The notes under the pieces were generated by a model. The model worked only from the letters and a program-made list of their open reading frames with translations. It ran no database searches and was not told the origin of the DNA. Shown in pieces: positions 40,771 through 51,823 of a stretch of 64,000 bases of DNA. The stretch comes from an uncultured delta proteobacterium (GTDB lineage: Bacteria > Desulfobacterota > Binatia > UBA9968): the NCBI GenBank assembly GCA_963745035.1, contig CAVUVW010000013.1, positions 928,001 through 992,000 of the forward strand, in the 5' to 3' direction. Both the position numbers and the translations under genes were made by a program. The stretch's first letter is position 1; each line of letters begins with the position of its first letter.

Positions 40771-41456
40771 CGCGCGATGCTCCCGCCCGACGGCCACTCG
40801 GCGTCGTCGCTCAACACTCCGCGATGCAGCGACAACACGCGCATGCCGTAGCGATCGATGATCGCAAGATCGTGGGTCGCGACGATCACCGTCGCGCCGC
40901 GATCGCGCGTGCGCAGCAGCAGGTGCATGATTTCGTCGGCGGTTTCGGCGTCGAGGTTGCCGGTCGGCTCGTCGGCCAAGACGAGCCGCGGCTCGTTGAT
41001 CAAAGCGCGCGCGATCGCGACCCGCTGCTGCTCGCCCGCCGAAAGCGCCGACGCCTTGGCGTCGTAGCGTTCGCGCAGGCCGAGATCCCGCAGCAACTGG
41101 TAGGCTTTGATGCGGCTCGTTTTCTTGGAGGCGCCGATCACTTCAGCCGCCAGCGCGACGTTTTGCAGCGCCGTCAAACCGTCCAGGAGCTTGCATTCCT
41201 GAAATACCAGACCGATCGTCCGGCGCAAGCGGGCAACGCCGCGGCGATTGAGGCGCGCGAGGTTTTTGCCGTCGATCAAGATCTGCCCCGCGCTCGGCTC
41301 CTCCTCGCGAAACAACAGCTTGAGCAACGTCGACTTGCCGGCGCCGCTGGCGCCGGCGACGAAAACCAGCTCGCCCCTGGCGATTTCCACTGTGATGTCG
41401 GTCAACGCACGGCGGCTCGGCTCATAGGTTTTCGAGACGTGCAAAAGCTGGATCAT
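40767..41456 (-). CDS. ftsE: Cell division ATP-binding protein FtsE
   Basis: [28 protein letters not shown]; adjacent to ftsX. Confidence 0.92.
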   Translation of the reverse strand: MIQLLHVSKTYEPSRRALTDITVEIARGELVFVAGASGAGKSTLLKLLFREEEPSAGQILIDGKNLARLNRRGVARLRRTIGLVFQECKLLDGLTALQNVALAAEVIGASKKTSRIKAYQLLRDLGLRERYDAKASALSAGEQQRVAIARALINEPRLVLADEPTGNLDAETADEIMHLLLRTRDRGATVIVATHDLAIIDRYGMRVLSLHRGVLSDDAEWPSGGSIAR

Positions 41457-41505
41457 CGAAACTGAAAATCCGCTGCCAGAATCGCTATTTATCGTGGAAA
41501 CTATC

Positions 41506-41534
41506 TTGACATGCAGGTAGGCGGTTGTTAGAGT
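41506..41534 (+). promoter_or_regulatory. Sigma70-like promoter for the radical SAM gene
   Basis: TTGACA-17 nt-TAGAGT. Confidence 0.55.
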
Positions 41535-41616
41535 TGTCGGACTTGACCGTCTGCGGCTATCTATAAAGAATGCCGCGCCAAGTTACAAGCACTCGCAGCC
41601 GGAGGCAACCGAACCG

Positions 41617-43824
41617 ATGCTGGAGCACATCAAGAAATTTCATATCGTCTTGATCAAGCCGTCGAAGTACGACGATGACGGTTACGTGATCCGTTTCTGG
41701 AAAGGCGTGCTGCCGAGCAACACGCTGAATGTGTTGCATGGCCTCACCGAGGACATCAAGGCGCGCGAATTTTTCGGCAGTCTGCCGATCGAAGTCACGA
41801 CCTTCGATGAGACCGCGGAAAAGGTGCCGCTTGCCAAGATTATCCGCTGGAGCAAAGAGCCGGGCACCAAGCTGCTGATCTGCCTTGTCGGCGTGCAAAC
41901 CAATCAGTTTCCCCGAGCCATGGACATGGCGAAAACGTTCAGGAGCGAAGGCCTGACCGTCATCATGGGCGGCTTTCACACGAGCGGCACGATCAACATG
42001 CTGAGCGACCAGGAGCCCGACATCCAGGAGCTTTACCGCGCGGGAATCTGCATCGTTTCCGGTGAAGTCGAAGGAAAATGGGAAGGGATTCTCGCAGATT
42101 ATTTGAACGGCCAGCTAAAGCCGCTCTATAGCTTCGCCCAGGATCTGCAAAATCTCGTCGACATCGACGACGCGCCGCTGCCGCGAACCAGCGCGAAGAC
42201 GATGAAGCACTTTGCCTACCCGAGCTTTGCTACCGCCGACACATCGCGCGGCTGCCCGTTCGCCTGCACTTTCTGCACGATCATCAACGTCCAGGGTCGC
42301 AAAATGCGCGAGCGCAGCCCGCAGAGCATCGCCGCCATGATGCGCCGGAACTATCTCGATCACGGTTTGTCCTTTTACTTTTTCACCGACGATAACTTCG
42401 CGCGCAAGAAACTCTGGCGCGAAACTTTCGAGGAAATCATCAAGCTGCGCGAGGAAGGCCTCGACGTGTCTTTCATGATGCAGGTCGACTTGGCGAAAAA
42501 GCCCAAGGACTTCGTGCCGCTGGCGGCGCGCGCCGGCTGCACGCAAGTTTTTATTGGCATGGAAAGCGTCAATCCGCAAAATCTCGAGGCCGAAGGCAAA
42601 AAGCAAAATAAGGTCGAGGAATACCGCAGTATCATCAAGGAATGGCACGACGCGGGCGTGCTTGTGCACACCGGATACATCATCGGTCTGCCCTGGGATT
42701 CGACCGAACAGGTCGACGCGGACGTGCGGTTTCTCATGGACGAGGTCGGACCCGACCAAGCTTCGTTTTTCATGCTGACTCCGCTGCCCGGCTCACACGA
42801 TCATCGCGAGATGAAAAAACGCGGCGATTGGATGGACCCGGATTTTAACAAGCGCGATTCATTCCACGCTACCATCAAGCACCCCCTGATGACTGCCGAG
42901 GAATGGACCGATGCCTATGAAAAAGCGTGGCGGGAATTTTACAGCAAAGAGAATATGATTCGGAATTTGTCACGCTGGACGAACAGTCCAAATAATTACT
43001 GGAACTTGATGTCGATTTTCTTCTGGTACAAGAACGCCGCTTTGATCGAAAAGCAGCACCCCATGGTGGCCGGGTTCTTTCGTCTGAAAGACCGCAAAGC
43101 CCGCCGCGCGGGCTATGCCGTCGACTCGATCCCCGTGCATGTCTGGAAGCGGACAAAGGAAATCACCAGCCTGCTGATCACCTGGGCCAAGTTCGTCAAG
43201 GAAATGGAAGAGGTCTGGCTGCAAACGCGCAAAAAGACCGAAACCGAGGAGCGCTGGCTGGAGCAGATTCAAAAACTGCAAACGGATATTTGGCAGGCGC
43301 TGCGCGTCGCCGACGTCCAAAAGCTTTACGGCAACGCGAAAGAGAGCCTGTCGGAACGCGCGCGCGCCATCCTCGAGCCGCTCGAAGATCTATCCTCGCG
43401 GGTGGTCTCCGATCGCAACGACCTGCGGCGCTTTTTGCGGCAATGGGACAACCTACGGGAAAAAATCCAGGAGCTGCGTTCGCGCGAAGGCGAGGCGGCA
43501 CGCCGCGTGCTCGACGAGATTCACGGCATTCAGATCGGGATTCGTCTCGGCGATCGTATTCAGGAATGGCAGGATGCCTATGCGCGCTTGCGGGTACATC
43601 TGCCGTCGCGGCCCAAGTTGCGCCTGGCCCGGTTCGATGCGATCAACAACCGCGTGGTCTACTCGCGCCAGGAGCTGCAGCGCGTCTGGGCGCAGACCCT
43701 ATGCAATGTGCGCGAGTTCAATTGGCTGAAAATCCGCCCCTGGCGCTTCGCCCGCGCGATGATCCAGGATTTCTCCTTGACCACTTCGTTCGCCAGCAGC
43801 TTTCGGGAATTTTCCAAGCAATAG
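41617..43824 (+). CDS. B12-binding radical SAM protein with a long helical C-terminal extension
   Basis: GGFH, SRGCPFACTFC, FTDDNF, IG.ES, TPLPGS. Confidence 0.9.
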   Translation: MLEHIKKFHIVLIKPSKYDDDGYVIRFWKGVLPSNTLNVLHGLTEDIKAREFFGSLPIEVTTFDETAEKVPLAKIIRWSKEPGTKLLICLVGVQTNQFPRAMDMAKTFRSEGLTVIMGGFHTSGTINMLSDQEPDIQELYRAGICIVSGEVEGKWEGILADYLNGQLKPLYSFAQDLQNLVDIDDAPLPRTSAKTMKHFAYPSFATADTSRGCPFACTFCTIINVQGRKMRERSPQSIAAMMRRNYLDHGLSFYFFTDDNFARKKLWRETFEEIIKLREEGLDVSFMMQVDLAKKPKDFVPLAARAGCTQVFIGMESVNPQNLEAEGKKQNKVEEYRSIIKEWHDAGVLVHTGYIIGLPWDSTEQVDADVRFLMDEVGPDQASFFMLTPLPGSHDHREMKKRGDWMDPDFNKRDSFHATIKHPLMTAEEWTDAYEKAWREFYSKENMIRNLSRWTNSPNNYWNLMSIFFWYKNAALIEKQHPMVAGFFRLKDRKARRAGYAVDSIPVHVWKRTKEITSLLITWAKFVKEMEEVWLQTRKKTETEERWLEQIQKLQTDIWQALRVADVQKLYGNAKESLSERARAILEPLEDLSSRVVSDRNDLRRFLRQWDNLREKIQELRSREGEAARRVLDEIHGIQIGIRLGDRIQEWQDAYARLRVHLPSRPKLRLARFDAINNRVVYSRQELQRVWAQTLCNVREFNWLKIRPWRFARAMIQDFSLTTSFASSFREFSKQ

Positions 43825-43844
43825 CGACGGCCGGTCGGCCGGCG

Positions 43845-44678
43845 CTAGTGAATCAGCGTAACCTGCTTCGCCAGGCTCACCACTTGCTCGCGAATCGCCG
43901 CGGCGTCCTTGGCCTCCGGCGCCAGTCGCAGATACCCTTCGAAATCCGCGCGCGCCTGCGCGAAGTACTCCAGCCTGAGATAAACGCCGGCGCGGTCGCG
44001 GATGTGCTCCGCGGCGCCGGGATCGAGAATGAGAGTGAGATCGAGCACCGACAATAATCGCACCAGATCGTTCGCCTTGGCGTAGATTGCCTTGAGATTG
44101 CCGAGCATGCGCTTGAGAATTTCCTTCTTGCCCGCCGCGCGGAGAAACTCGCTCCGCAGCTCGACAGCGCCGCCGTACAGGCTCGCGAGCAGGCCGCGTA
44201 AATCTTCGCGCGACCGGATCGCGCCCCGGCGGAACGGATCGATCACGATCTCGACGCCATCGGGGAGCGCGTGCTTGACGAGAAAATGGCCGGGGAATCC
44301 GACGCCGTCGAGAACCAGCCCGATGCGCTGCGCCACTTCCATATAGAGAACCGAGAGCGTGATCGGAATGCCGGTTTTGCGCTCCAGGACCTCGTTCAGA
44401 AAACTATTTTTCGGGTTGTAATAGTCGTCGCGGTTGCCGTGAAAGCCGTGCCGCTCGAACAGCACGTAGTTGAGCGCGTCCAGCGATTGCTCGACGGTGC
44501 CGCCGTCGCAGCGCTTGGCGGTCTCGACGGCGAGCTCGTCGATGCGTCCGAGATACGCCGCGACATCGAGCTCGGGATAATCGGGGAGCGCCATCGCGAG
44601 GGCCGCGCGACCGAGGTCGATTTTTTCATCGACGCGGTCGACGGCCTGGCGAAACTCGCGGTAGGGATCGTGGACCAA
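43845..44678 (-). CDS. SirB1/transglutaminase-like TPR protein
   Basis: GFHGN..DYY.P.NS.L..VL..K.GIPI.L, FPGHFL. Confidence 0.9.
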   Translation of the reverse strand: MVHDPYREFRQAVDRVDEKIDLGRAALAMALPDYPELDVAAYLGRIDELAVETAKRCDGGTVEQSLDALNYVLFERHGFHGNRDDYYNPKNSFLNEVLERKTGIPITLSVLYMEVAQRIGLVLDGVGFPGHFLVKHALPDGVEIVIDPFRRGAIRSREDLRGLLASLYGGAVELRSEFLRAAGKKEILKRMLGNLKAIYAKANDLVRLLSVLDLTLILDPGAAEHIRDRAGVYLRLEYFAQARADFEGYLRLAPEAKDAAAIREQVVSLAKQVTLIH

Positions 44679-44689
44679 TGTCGGCGAGT

Positions 44690-46460
44690 CTAGCGCGGCT
44701 CGGCGATCACGTCGACGAGATACGGCAGCTGCTTTTCCTTCACATACTTGAGCCCGCGCTCGATCGCCGGACGCAAGTCGGCGGGGTTGCGCACCGGCCC
44801 TTCGCCGTTGACTCCGAACGACTTTGCCATGATCGCGAAATCGATCTCCGGATCGTCGACGTGGGTGCCGATCCCGGCGTTTTCCACCGGGCGATTGCGG
44901 AACTTGGCGACTTCGATGCCGTGCTCTTCGGAATTGTAGTAGGACTGGTTGTTGTGCATGACCATCAGCAGGGGAATGCGGTGCTTGGCCGCGGTCCAGA
45001 GCGCGCTCGAAGTCATCAGCATATCGCCGTCCGACTGGATCGCCACGGCCACATTTCCGGAGCCCTTGAGCGCCAAGGCGGCGCCGATCGAAGCGCCCGG
45101 CCCATAGCCCAAGCCGGCGCCGCCGCTGCCGCCGAGCGACTGATTCGGCTTGGTGAAATCCCAGAGACGGCGCGTCCAGCCGTTGGACGTGCCGTTCACC
45201 AGCACCCACGGCTCGCGCCGCACCGCTTCGCCCACTTCGAGACCCAGCCAAGCGGTGGAAATTTCTTTCTGCGATCCTTTGGCTTCAGCGTCCGCGCGCC
45301 ATTTCGCGCGGCGCGCCTTGTGCTTGTCGGCCAATTCCTTTTGGCGTGCCTCGATGGCCGATTTTTTCTTGGCGTCATTGCCGAGCAGCTCGCGGCAGAG
45401 CCGGGTCAATTCCGGGATCGCCACCGCCGGTATCGGCGGTCATCGGCACGTCGATCGCCTGGAGCGCCTGATAGTCGTTGGCCCAGGAATGGACCAGCAT
45501 GTCGTTCATCGAAATGCTGATAATTTTTACCGCGCCGGAAGTGACGTATTCCGAATTGCGCGTCTGTTTGCTCACGGTGGTCAGCGAGCCGAACAGATCG
45601 CCCACATCGAGCGCCAGAATCACGTCTGCCTTTTGCAGAATCTCGCGCGCGCCGTCCGTTGCATCCAAGGGATGGACCGACGGGAAGTTGAAGCGCGACC
45701 CTTTATCGACGACGGGAATGGCGAGTAATTCGGCGAGTTCGATCAGCGCCGGCACGGCTTTGGGATTGCGCCCGACTTGATCGGCGACGATCAGCGGCGT
45801 TTGCGCATTCACCAGCATCTCGGCCGCGCGGCGCAGGGCTTCAGGGTTCGCCTGCGTCGGCGCCGGCGTCGAGTAGCGCCGCACGTCGGGCACATCCATG
45901 ATGCTCGTGAGCGCGTCCTCCTGGATATCGGCGTCGTAGTTGATATAGACCGGCGCCATCGGATCGGTGGTGGCGATGCGGTAGCCGCGGATGAAGGAAT
46001 CCGGCACGTCGGCCAACGAATAGGGCTGATCGTCCCATTTGACGTAGTCTCGAACCTGGTTGCCCTGGACGAGCGCGGTGTGGATCCAGTCGATGCGCGG
46101 GCGCCGGCGCTTGGAGTTCATCGGGCCGGTGCCGCCGAGCACCATGATCGGCACGCGGTCGATGTAGGCGTTGAAGATCGCCATGCTGGCATGCTGCAAG
46201 CCGACCATGTTGTGCGTGATGGCGATCATCGGTTTGTTCTTGGCCTTGGCGTAGCCGTGGGCGATCGCCACCGAGATCTCTTCGTGGTGGCAGAAGATCA
46301 CCTCCGGCTTGTAGTTGCCGCCGTAGTTGACGATCGAATCGTGAATGCCGCGAAACGTGGCGCCGGGGTTGAACGCCGCGTATTCGATATCGAAGGCTTT
46401 CATCATGTCGACGACGACGTCGGAACCGTATTGCGGTTGTTTTTTTTCTACTCGGGACAC
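44690..46460 (-). CDS. ThDP-binding enzyme (acetolactate synthase/benzoylformate decarboxylase-like), split by a frameshift near 45430
   Basis: N half NPGATFRG, HEE; C half GLGYG, DGD...NN; the two ORFs overlap at DT(G)/VAIP. Confidence 0.85.
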
Positions 46461-46539
46461 GGGTCTAATCCTCCTGGGATTTCATGTTCTGCACTCCATA
46501 CCAAGAAACCGGCTCCGTGGCTAGGGGCAGCGCCGAGAA

Positions 46540-47442
46540 TTAGCGTTTTTTGGCATCGAGCCGCAGCAATCCCTGGCGATAAAAAAGCTCCAGGGTCTCC
46601 TGCAAATCGCCCTGGCGCGCGCCGCTGTCCGAAGCCTGCCCGGTCTCCAAAGCGGCGATAGATTCCAAAACTCGTTGCGCCGCCGGCGCCATGAAAGAAT
46701 CCATGCCGTGGTGCTGGAACGTGCGCTTGAGCTCGTCCATCTCCTCGGCGCGCCGCTCGGCGTGGATGCGCAGGCCGACGATGCTCGACGAGACCTTGTC
46801 GATCAAACCGGGAAAACTCTCCTCGTATTGAGCTGTCACCTCTTTGAGCAGGCCGAAGCGCCGAGCGCCCATGAAGAGCTCGCAAAACAGTCCCTGCAGC
46901 CCCTTGGTGAGCCCCGCGTAAACGACTTTAAACGCCGATGCCTGGTTGGTGCTCGGCCCCAGGGTTTTCACCGGAATTTGGAACGACTCCAGCGCCGCAA
47001 GCTTGTCTGCCTGCGGTCCCGACACGTAGACGATCGTGCCCTTGCCCATTTTGGCGGCCGAGCCGATGATGCAGCCGTCGACAAAGTGGACTCCGGCTGG
47101 AGTCAAGACCGCCGTGATGTCATCGGCGGTCATCGGCGAGATCGCGTTGGCGTCGAGAAACAACAAGTCCTTTCGCCCCGACTCTTTCACCGCCGCCGCG
47201 ACGGCTTCGGCTACTCGTTTCGCCGCGGACGGGACCACGATGGACACGATCAGCTCGGAATCTTGTACCAGCTCGGCCATGGAAGCCGTGGCTTTGACGC
47301 CGGCGTTTTGTCCGCGTTTGCGGCTCACCTCGCCGCGATCTTTGTCGTAGGTGAGCGCTTCCACTCCATGACTCTTGAGCAGCTTGGCCCAGTGAAAGCC
47401 CATCTCGCCGATGCTGAGAATGCCGATGGTTCGAAAAGACAC
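46540..47442 (-). CDS. NAD(P)-dependent oxidoreductase (6PGD/3-hydroxyisobutyrate DH-like, DUF1932)
   Basis: SIGEMG, DANAISP, KG, HAERRA.EM. Confidence 0.85.
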   Translation of the reverse strand: MSFRTIGILSIGEMGFHWAKLLKSHGVEALTYDKDRGEVSRKRGQNAGVKATASMAELVQDSELIVSIVVPSAAKRVAEAVAAAVKESGRKDLLFLDANAISPMTADDITAVLTPAGVHFVDGCIIGSAAKMGKGTIVYVSGPQADKLAALESFQIPVKTLGPSTNQASAFKVVYAGLTKGLQGLFCELFMGARRFGLLKEVTAQYEESFPGLIDKVSSSIVGLRIHAERRAEEMDELKRTFQHHGMDSFMAPAAQRVLESIAALETGQASDSGARQGDLQETLELFYRQGLLRLDAKKR

Positions 47443-47580
47443 GGTAGGCTCCTTGGCTTTGGTTGATTGCTTGGAACGTCCTCGGCGCGATCCGCCGCGA
47501 CGCCGTTTCTCTATGACACAACGATCGCAGTTTTAAAAGTCGAGGACTCGCGCCCCGCGAAGATAATGGACCGCGGCGTT

Positions 47581-48378
47581 CTATCTCAAGCCGAACAGTT
47601 TTTTTGCATTGCGTGAAAGGATGTTTTCCTTGTCTTCGTCGCTGATCTTGGCGGTCTTGATCTCGTCGATGGTCGCGCAATGTTCGTAGCTCGCCGGATG
47701 AGAGTAAAACAGGCTGCCGAAAATAAGCCTGTGTGAGCCGGCGGCCTCGACGAACTGACGCACGTAGGACGCGCCCCGCACGTGCGCCGTATCGAAGAGG
47801 ATGTTCGGCGTGCGTTTGGCGATATCGAGAGCGAGCTGGCTGTTGGTATTGGTCGTCAACGCGTCGAGCGAGACGAAAGTGAGCTCGGGAAACTCGACGG
47901 CGAGACGCTCCAAGCGCCAGACCGCTTCCAGATTGGATTCCGCGTTGGTGTGGATCAGGGGCACGAGCTTCAGCTCGCTTACCTTTTTTAAGAGCGGCCG
48001 CATGAGCTGGTGATCGACGGCCACGCCCTGAAATCGGCTGTGCCACACCACGCCGTCGAGCCTGAGCTCGTGCTTGATGCGCTCCAGCTCGCCGAGCGAG
48101 CGCGGGCCGTGCAGCGGCTCGACGATCCCGCAGGCCGCCGGAAAGCGCTTCGGATCGCGGCTTCGATACGCGGCCACGGTGTCGTTGCAGCGCATCGTGT
48201 CTTTGATTCCATCGGCTTGGATGTAGCCGGTGGCCGCCAGGATAGCCGAGGCGCTGACGCCGTTGGCTTGCATGATGCGCACGCGATTCTGGTAGTCGCG
48301 CTCCTGCCAGCCCTCCCCTTCCTGCAGGCTTCCGCCGGTCAGCGAGCCGAGATGATGATGAATATCAAAAATCTCCAT
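47581..48378 (-). CDS. Amidohydrolase family protein
   Basis: DIHHH, FDTA, LIFGS, NAKKLF. Confidence 0.85.
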   Translation of the reverse strand: MEIFDIHHHLGSLTGGSLQEGEGWQERDYQNRVRIMQANGVSASAILAATGYIQADGIKDTMRCNDTVAAYRSRDPKRFPAACGIVEPLHGPRSLGELERIKHELRLDGVVWHSRFQGVAVDHQLMRPLLKKVSELKLVPLIHTNAESNLEAVWRLERLAVEFPELTFVSLDALTTNTNSQLALDIAKRTPNILFDTAHVRGASYVRQFVEAAGSHRLIFGSLFYSHPASYEHCATIDEIKTAKISDEDKENILSRNAKKLFGLR

Positions 48379-48396
48379 GACACCCCCTTTGATTAA

Positions 48397-49554
48397 TCAA
48401 CCCGGGTTAAAACCTATACTCGTCCGGGCCGGCGCCGTGCGCTGCGCGCCGGTGGTGACAAACCACGCGCCGAACTCTACCGCGTCGTGATAGTACTCGG
48501 CCCAATGCTCGCCGGCGACAATCCGCTCGGGCGCGCGGTCCGCGCGGAAGACCACGGCCAAGAGTTTGTCTCTTGAATCGCGGAAATTTTCCAACGCGGC
48601 AAAATTCTTCCCCAGCGCCTCCGCCAAAGCTGTCCGTTTGCCATCCGGCGGTGCGGGCTTGCCCGGCGGCATTAAAAGAATCAGCCGCTCATAAAGTTTC
48701 GAATCCATGACCACCTTGAGCTCCCAAAGCAGACCCGGCGTGTCATCGACGACGATCACGATGATTGCCGCCAAAGACAGCAGCTCGCGCACCCGGCTTT
48801 GCCAATCGTCGCCGACGTATTCGCGCAGGGCGCCCAGCGGCGGCAGCTCTTCGCCAGGCCGGCCTATCGCGACCACCGGACCGTACCGGCTGAGCGGACC
48901 GGTGGCCACTTCTTCGAAAGTCAGAGGAACCTCTCGATCGATGATGTTCTCGGCGTCTCTTTCATCGATCTGAAAAGAGCGCAGCCAGACCACCGGCCGG
49001 CGGAGATCCTGGGCGAGCGCTTCGCGCGCCGGCGCCGCGAAATATTTCAGCCGCTCGCGGCCAAGCCTCCGGCTGATGTAGACAAGCTTCCACATGGCGC
49101 TGGCTCCGGCGGCGGGTCCGCCGATGACGAGCCCGATGCTGGCCCACTTGTTCTCGACGTAAAGACCGCAAACCGCCGCGATCAAGCCCGCTGCAAGCGC
49201 CGCCAAAGCCAAAAGCTGACAGCCTCGATAGCGGCACCAGGCCATCAGCGCGCCCTTCCGCCGCCCCTTGGCGCGGTAGCGCCGCGCGCCAAAGAACAAA
49301 TTGCGGCCGAGCCAACGAAGCCGCCATGGCAGGCCGCCTTGAATGCGATCGTTTTCGAAACGCACGCCGCGCAGGCGCGCCACGCGGCTGAGCGCCCACG
49401 CGTACGCTCCCGCAGCCAAGAGAACGAGGAGGGTGGCGCTGAAAAGAAAACCGAAGGCGTCGGTCAACCACGGCGGGGCCTTGAACCAGAGGCCCACGAT
49501 AATACTGAGGATCAGCAGGCCCAGCCAAGTCTCAACTCCCCCACCCTTTGCCAT
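48397..49554 (-). CDS. Conserved membrane protein of unknown function
   Basis: 4 TM then LRSF.D, VAIGRPGE.LP.LGA, DWQ..V, GL.WEL. Confidence 0.7.
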   Translation of the reverse strand: MAKGGGVETWLGLLILSIIVGLWFKAPPWLTDAFGFLFSATLLVLLAAGAYAWALSRVARLRGVRFENDRIQGGLPWRLRWLGRNLFFGARRYRAKGRRKGALMAWCRYRGCQLLALAALAAGLIAAVCGLYVENKWASIGLVIGGPAAGASAMWKLVYISRRLGRERLKYFAAPAREALAQDLRRPVVWLRSFQIDERDAENIIDREVPLTFEEVATGPLSRYGPVVAIGRPGEELPPLGALREYVGDDWQSRVRELLSLAAIIVIVVDDTPGLLWELKVVMDSKLYERLILLMPPGKPAPPDGKRTALAEALGKNFAALENFRDSRDKLLAVVFRADRAPERIVAGEHWAEYYHDAVEFGAWFVTTGAQRTAPARTSIGFNPG

Positions 49555-49667
49555 GCTAGCAACGCTCCCCGTCCAACGCATGCTGCGCCCATGATCTCGA
49601 GTAAATCAAGAAGCGCCATCGATCTCGCGCCAAGGGCATGTCACGATGGCGCTTCGGTTGGCGACGC

Positions 49668-49802
49668 TCAGGAATTTTTCGCCGGCGCGCTAGCCGGCCG
49701 CGGCCGCTTGCCGATCTGCTCTCCGTTCGGCAACTGCTCGTATTTCAAATCGAGCCGCTTATCCATCGCCGCATAGATTTTCGCCCAGTCCGTCTGCTTC
49801 AT
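49668..49802 (-). CDS. Small hypothetical protein (44 aa)
   Basis: AAGGAG RBS before MKQTDWAK. Confidence 0.45.
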   Translation of the reverse strand: MKQTDWAKIYAAMDKRLDLKYEQLPNGEQIGKRPRPASAPAKNS

Positions 49803-50324
49803 TGCCAACTCCTTTACCTTCGCCGTTCCACACCATGCGCCGAATTTCGCATCGCCACCGCGGCATGTCAAAGGCCACCACCCGAGCGAGACCGCGCGTG
49901 TATCAAACACTTTCGGATTCGCAGCGCCATGCTCGGCGCGATGGGCATGCAAGCGCCGCCGGGTAAAAAATTTTGTTGATGATTTTTCCGTCTGAGAGAT
50001 GCCGATCACAGCGTCCCGAAACCGCCACGGCCCGAGTCGCTGTGGAACAATTGTCGAAGAAGCGCTACGCAATGTTAGAGAGCACAGCGTTCGAAAAGAG
50101 CATTTTCATGGGTCAAGCGAAAAAGAAATTGATCGCCGCGGACGCGCTGGTCGCGTCGCCGAATCGTAAACGAAGTTTCCTCTAGATATATTTGCTTCTC
50201 ATTCTGCAAAAATCTCGACCTGAGTATCCCTTTCAACTGGCGTCTCCGCTCGCAAGATTGCCAACCTCGGCGATTTGCGCTAACGACCTGTGCCGTGCCT
50301 GAAAGAACGCACGGAGGCGAAGAA

Positions 50325-51398
50325 ATGGACATCGACTTTGTCACCAACCAGGAAATTATCGTCGCGGCGCGGCGCAACCTGACCGACAACGTCTGGCACT
50401 ATCTCACCGGCGGCGCCGAATCCGAAACCACCATGCGGCGCAATCGCTACGGCTTCGACAGCCTAGCTTTTCGTCCGCGCGTGCTCGTCGATGTTTCCAA
50501 AACTAATTCCTCGACCAGTTTTCTCGGCCACAAGCTAAAGATTCCCGTCATGCTCGCGCCCATCGGCTCGCTCCAATCGATCACGCCGGAAGGCGGGGTC
50601 GCCGTTGCGAGAGCCGCCGAGGAATGCGGCACGATCAATTTCGTCAGCTCGGTCACCCAACCGAGTTTGGAAGAGATCGCCGGCGCCGGCGGCAGCCCAA
50701 AAATATTTCAACTCTACGTGCAGGGCGATCTGACCTGGGTGGAAAATCTCTTGTCGCGGGTCAAGCGCGCCGGCTATGCGGCGCTCTGCCTTACCGTTGA
50801 CACTGCGCACTATGGACATCGTGAGCGGCAAATGATGGATCGCTGGCTGCCACCGAGCCGGCGCGGCGCCGGGTACGAGTATCGCGCGGCCCTCACCTGG
50901 GAGATCCTCGATGCGATCAAAGAAATGGCCGGGCTGCCTTTCATTTTAAAAGGGGTCGCCACTGCGGAAGATGCGGCCCTTGCAGTGGCGCACGGCGTCA
51001 ACGCGATTTACGTCTCCAATCACGGCGGCCGCCAGCTCGATCACGGGCGCGCGACCATCGACACGCTGCCGGAGATTATCGCCGCCGTTGACGGCAAAGC
51101 GGAAATAATCCTGGACGGTGGTATCACGCGCGGCAGCGACGTGCTTAAAGCCATTGCACTGGGCGCGCGCGCCGTCGCCATCGGCAAGCTGCAAGGATGG
51201 GGCTTGGCCGCCAATGGACAAGCAGGTTTAGTGCGCGTTCTGGAAATTCTCGAAAGTGAAATTGTGACAACGATGGGTCTACTCGGCGTCACGCGCCTGG
51301 ATCAACTTAACCCGGCCTATCTGTCCAAAGTGCAGCCGGTGACGCCGGCCCATGAGATGAGCGCGTTCCCACACCTGCCCGGCGGCCGCTTGTTGTGA
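50325..51398 (+). CDS. FMN-dependent alpha-hydroxy-acid oxidase/dehydrogenase
   Basis: SNHGGRQLD, LTVD, ILKG, DGG..RG.D..KA.ALGA. Confidence 0.93.
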   Translation: MDIDFVTNQEIIVAARRNLTDNVWHYLTGGAESETTMRRNRYGFDSLAFRPRVLVDVSKTNSSTSFLGHKLKIPVMLAPIGSLQSITPEGGVAVARAAEECGTINFVSSVTQPSLEEIAGAGGSPKIFQLYVQGDLTWVENLLSRVKRAGYAALCLTVDTAHYGHRERQMMDRWLPPSRRGAGYEYRAALTWEILDAIKEMAGLPFILKGVATAEDAALAVAHGVNAIYVSNHGGRQLDHGRATIDTLPEIIAAVDGKAEIILDGGITRGSDVLKAIALGARAVAIGKLQGWGLAANGQAGLVRVLEILESEIVTTMGLLGVTRLDQLNPAYLSKVQPVTPAHEMSAFPHLPGGRLL

Positions 51399-51437
51399 AA
51401 CTGCGGCAAGCACCAAAGCCCTTGCGAACTTCTTCGG

Positions 51438-51496
51438 TGGTGCCCGGAGCCGGACTCGAACCGGCACAGACCTTTCGGTCCGAGGGATTTTAAGTC
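51438..51496 (-). repeat. att site: 59-bp duplicate of the tRNA-Leu 3' portion
   Basis: Identical to 61399-61457. Confidence 0.95.
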
Positions 51497-51823
51497 AGGG
51501 AAACATTCTCGCCAAAATGCATCAACTGACATCAAGGCGCATTATCGCAGCAGTTTCGTGCTGCCGGCAGTGCGGTTTGGTGTCGGTTGGTGTCAGTTAG
51601 TACGGCTACAGCGTAAGCTACACACCGCGATAAGCTACAGATCAGCTACAGCCGCGGCGCGTTCAATCGGCGCGCAATCGATCACTCAAACCCGCAGCGA
51701 AAATCACGGCAGAGACGGTAGCGCACGCCATGGCCGCGGGATTCTAGATCCCGTGTACCGCCCTAAATATCGTATCAGAAAAGGTTTTTTGTTCGCTGTA
51801 GCCTAACTGTAACTAACGATTCA

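Noticed and set aside
51438-51496. Second tRNA-Leu gene
   Set aside because: It lacks the 5' acceptor strand and D-arm; it is the att duplication.
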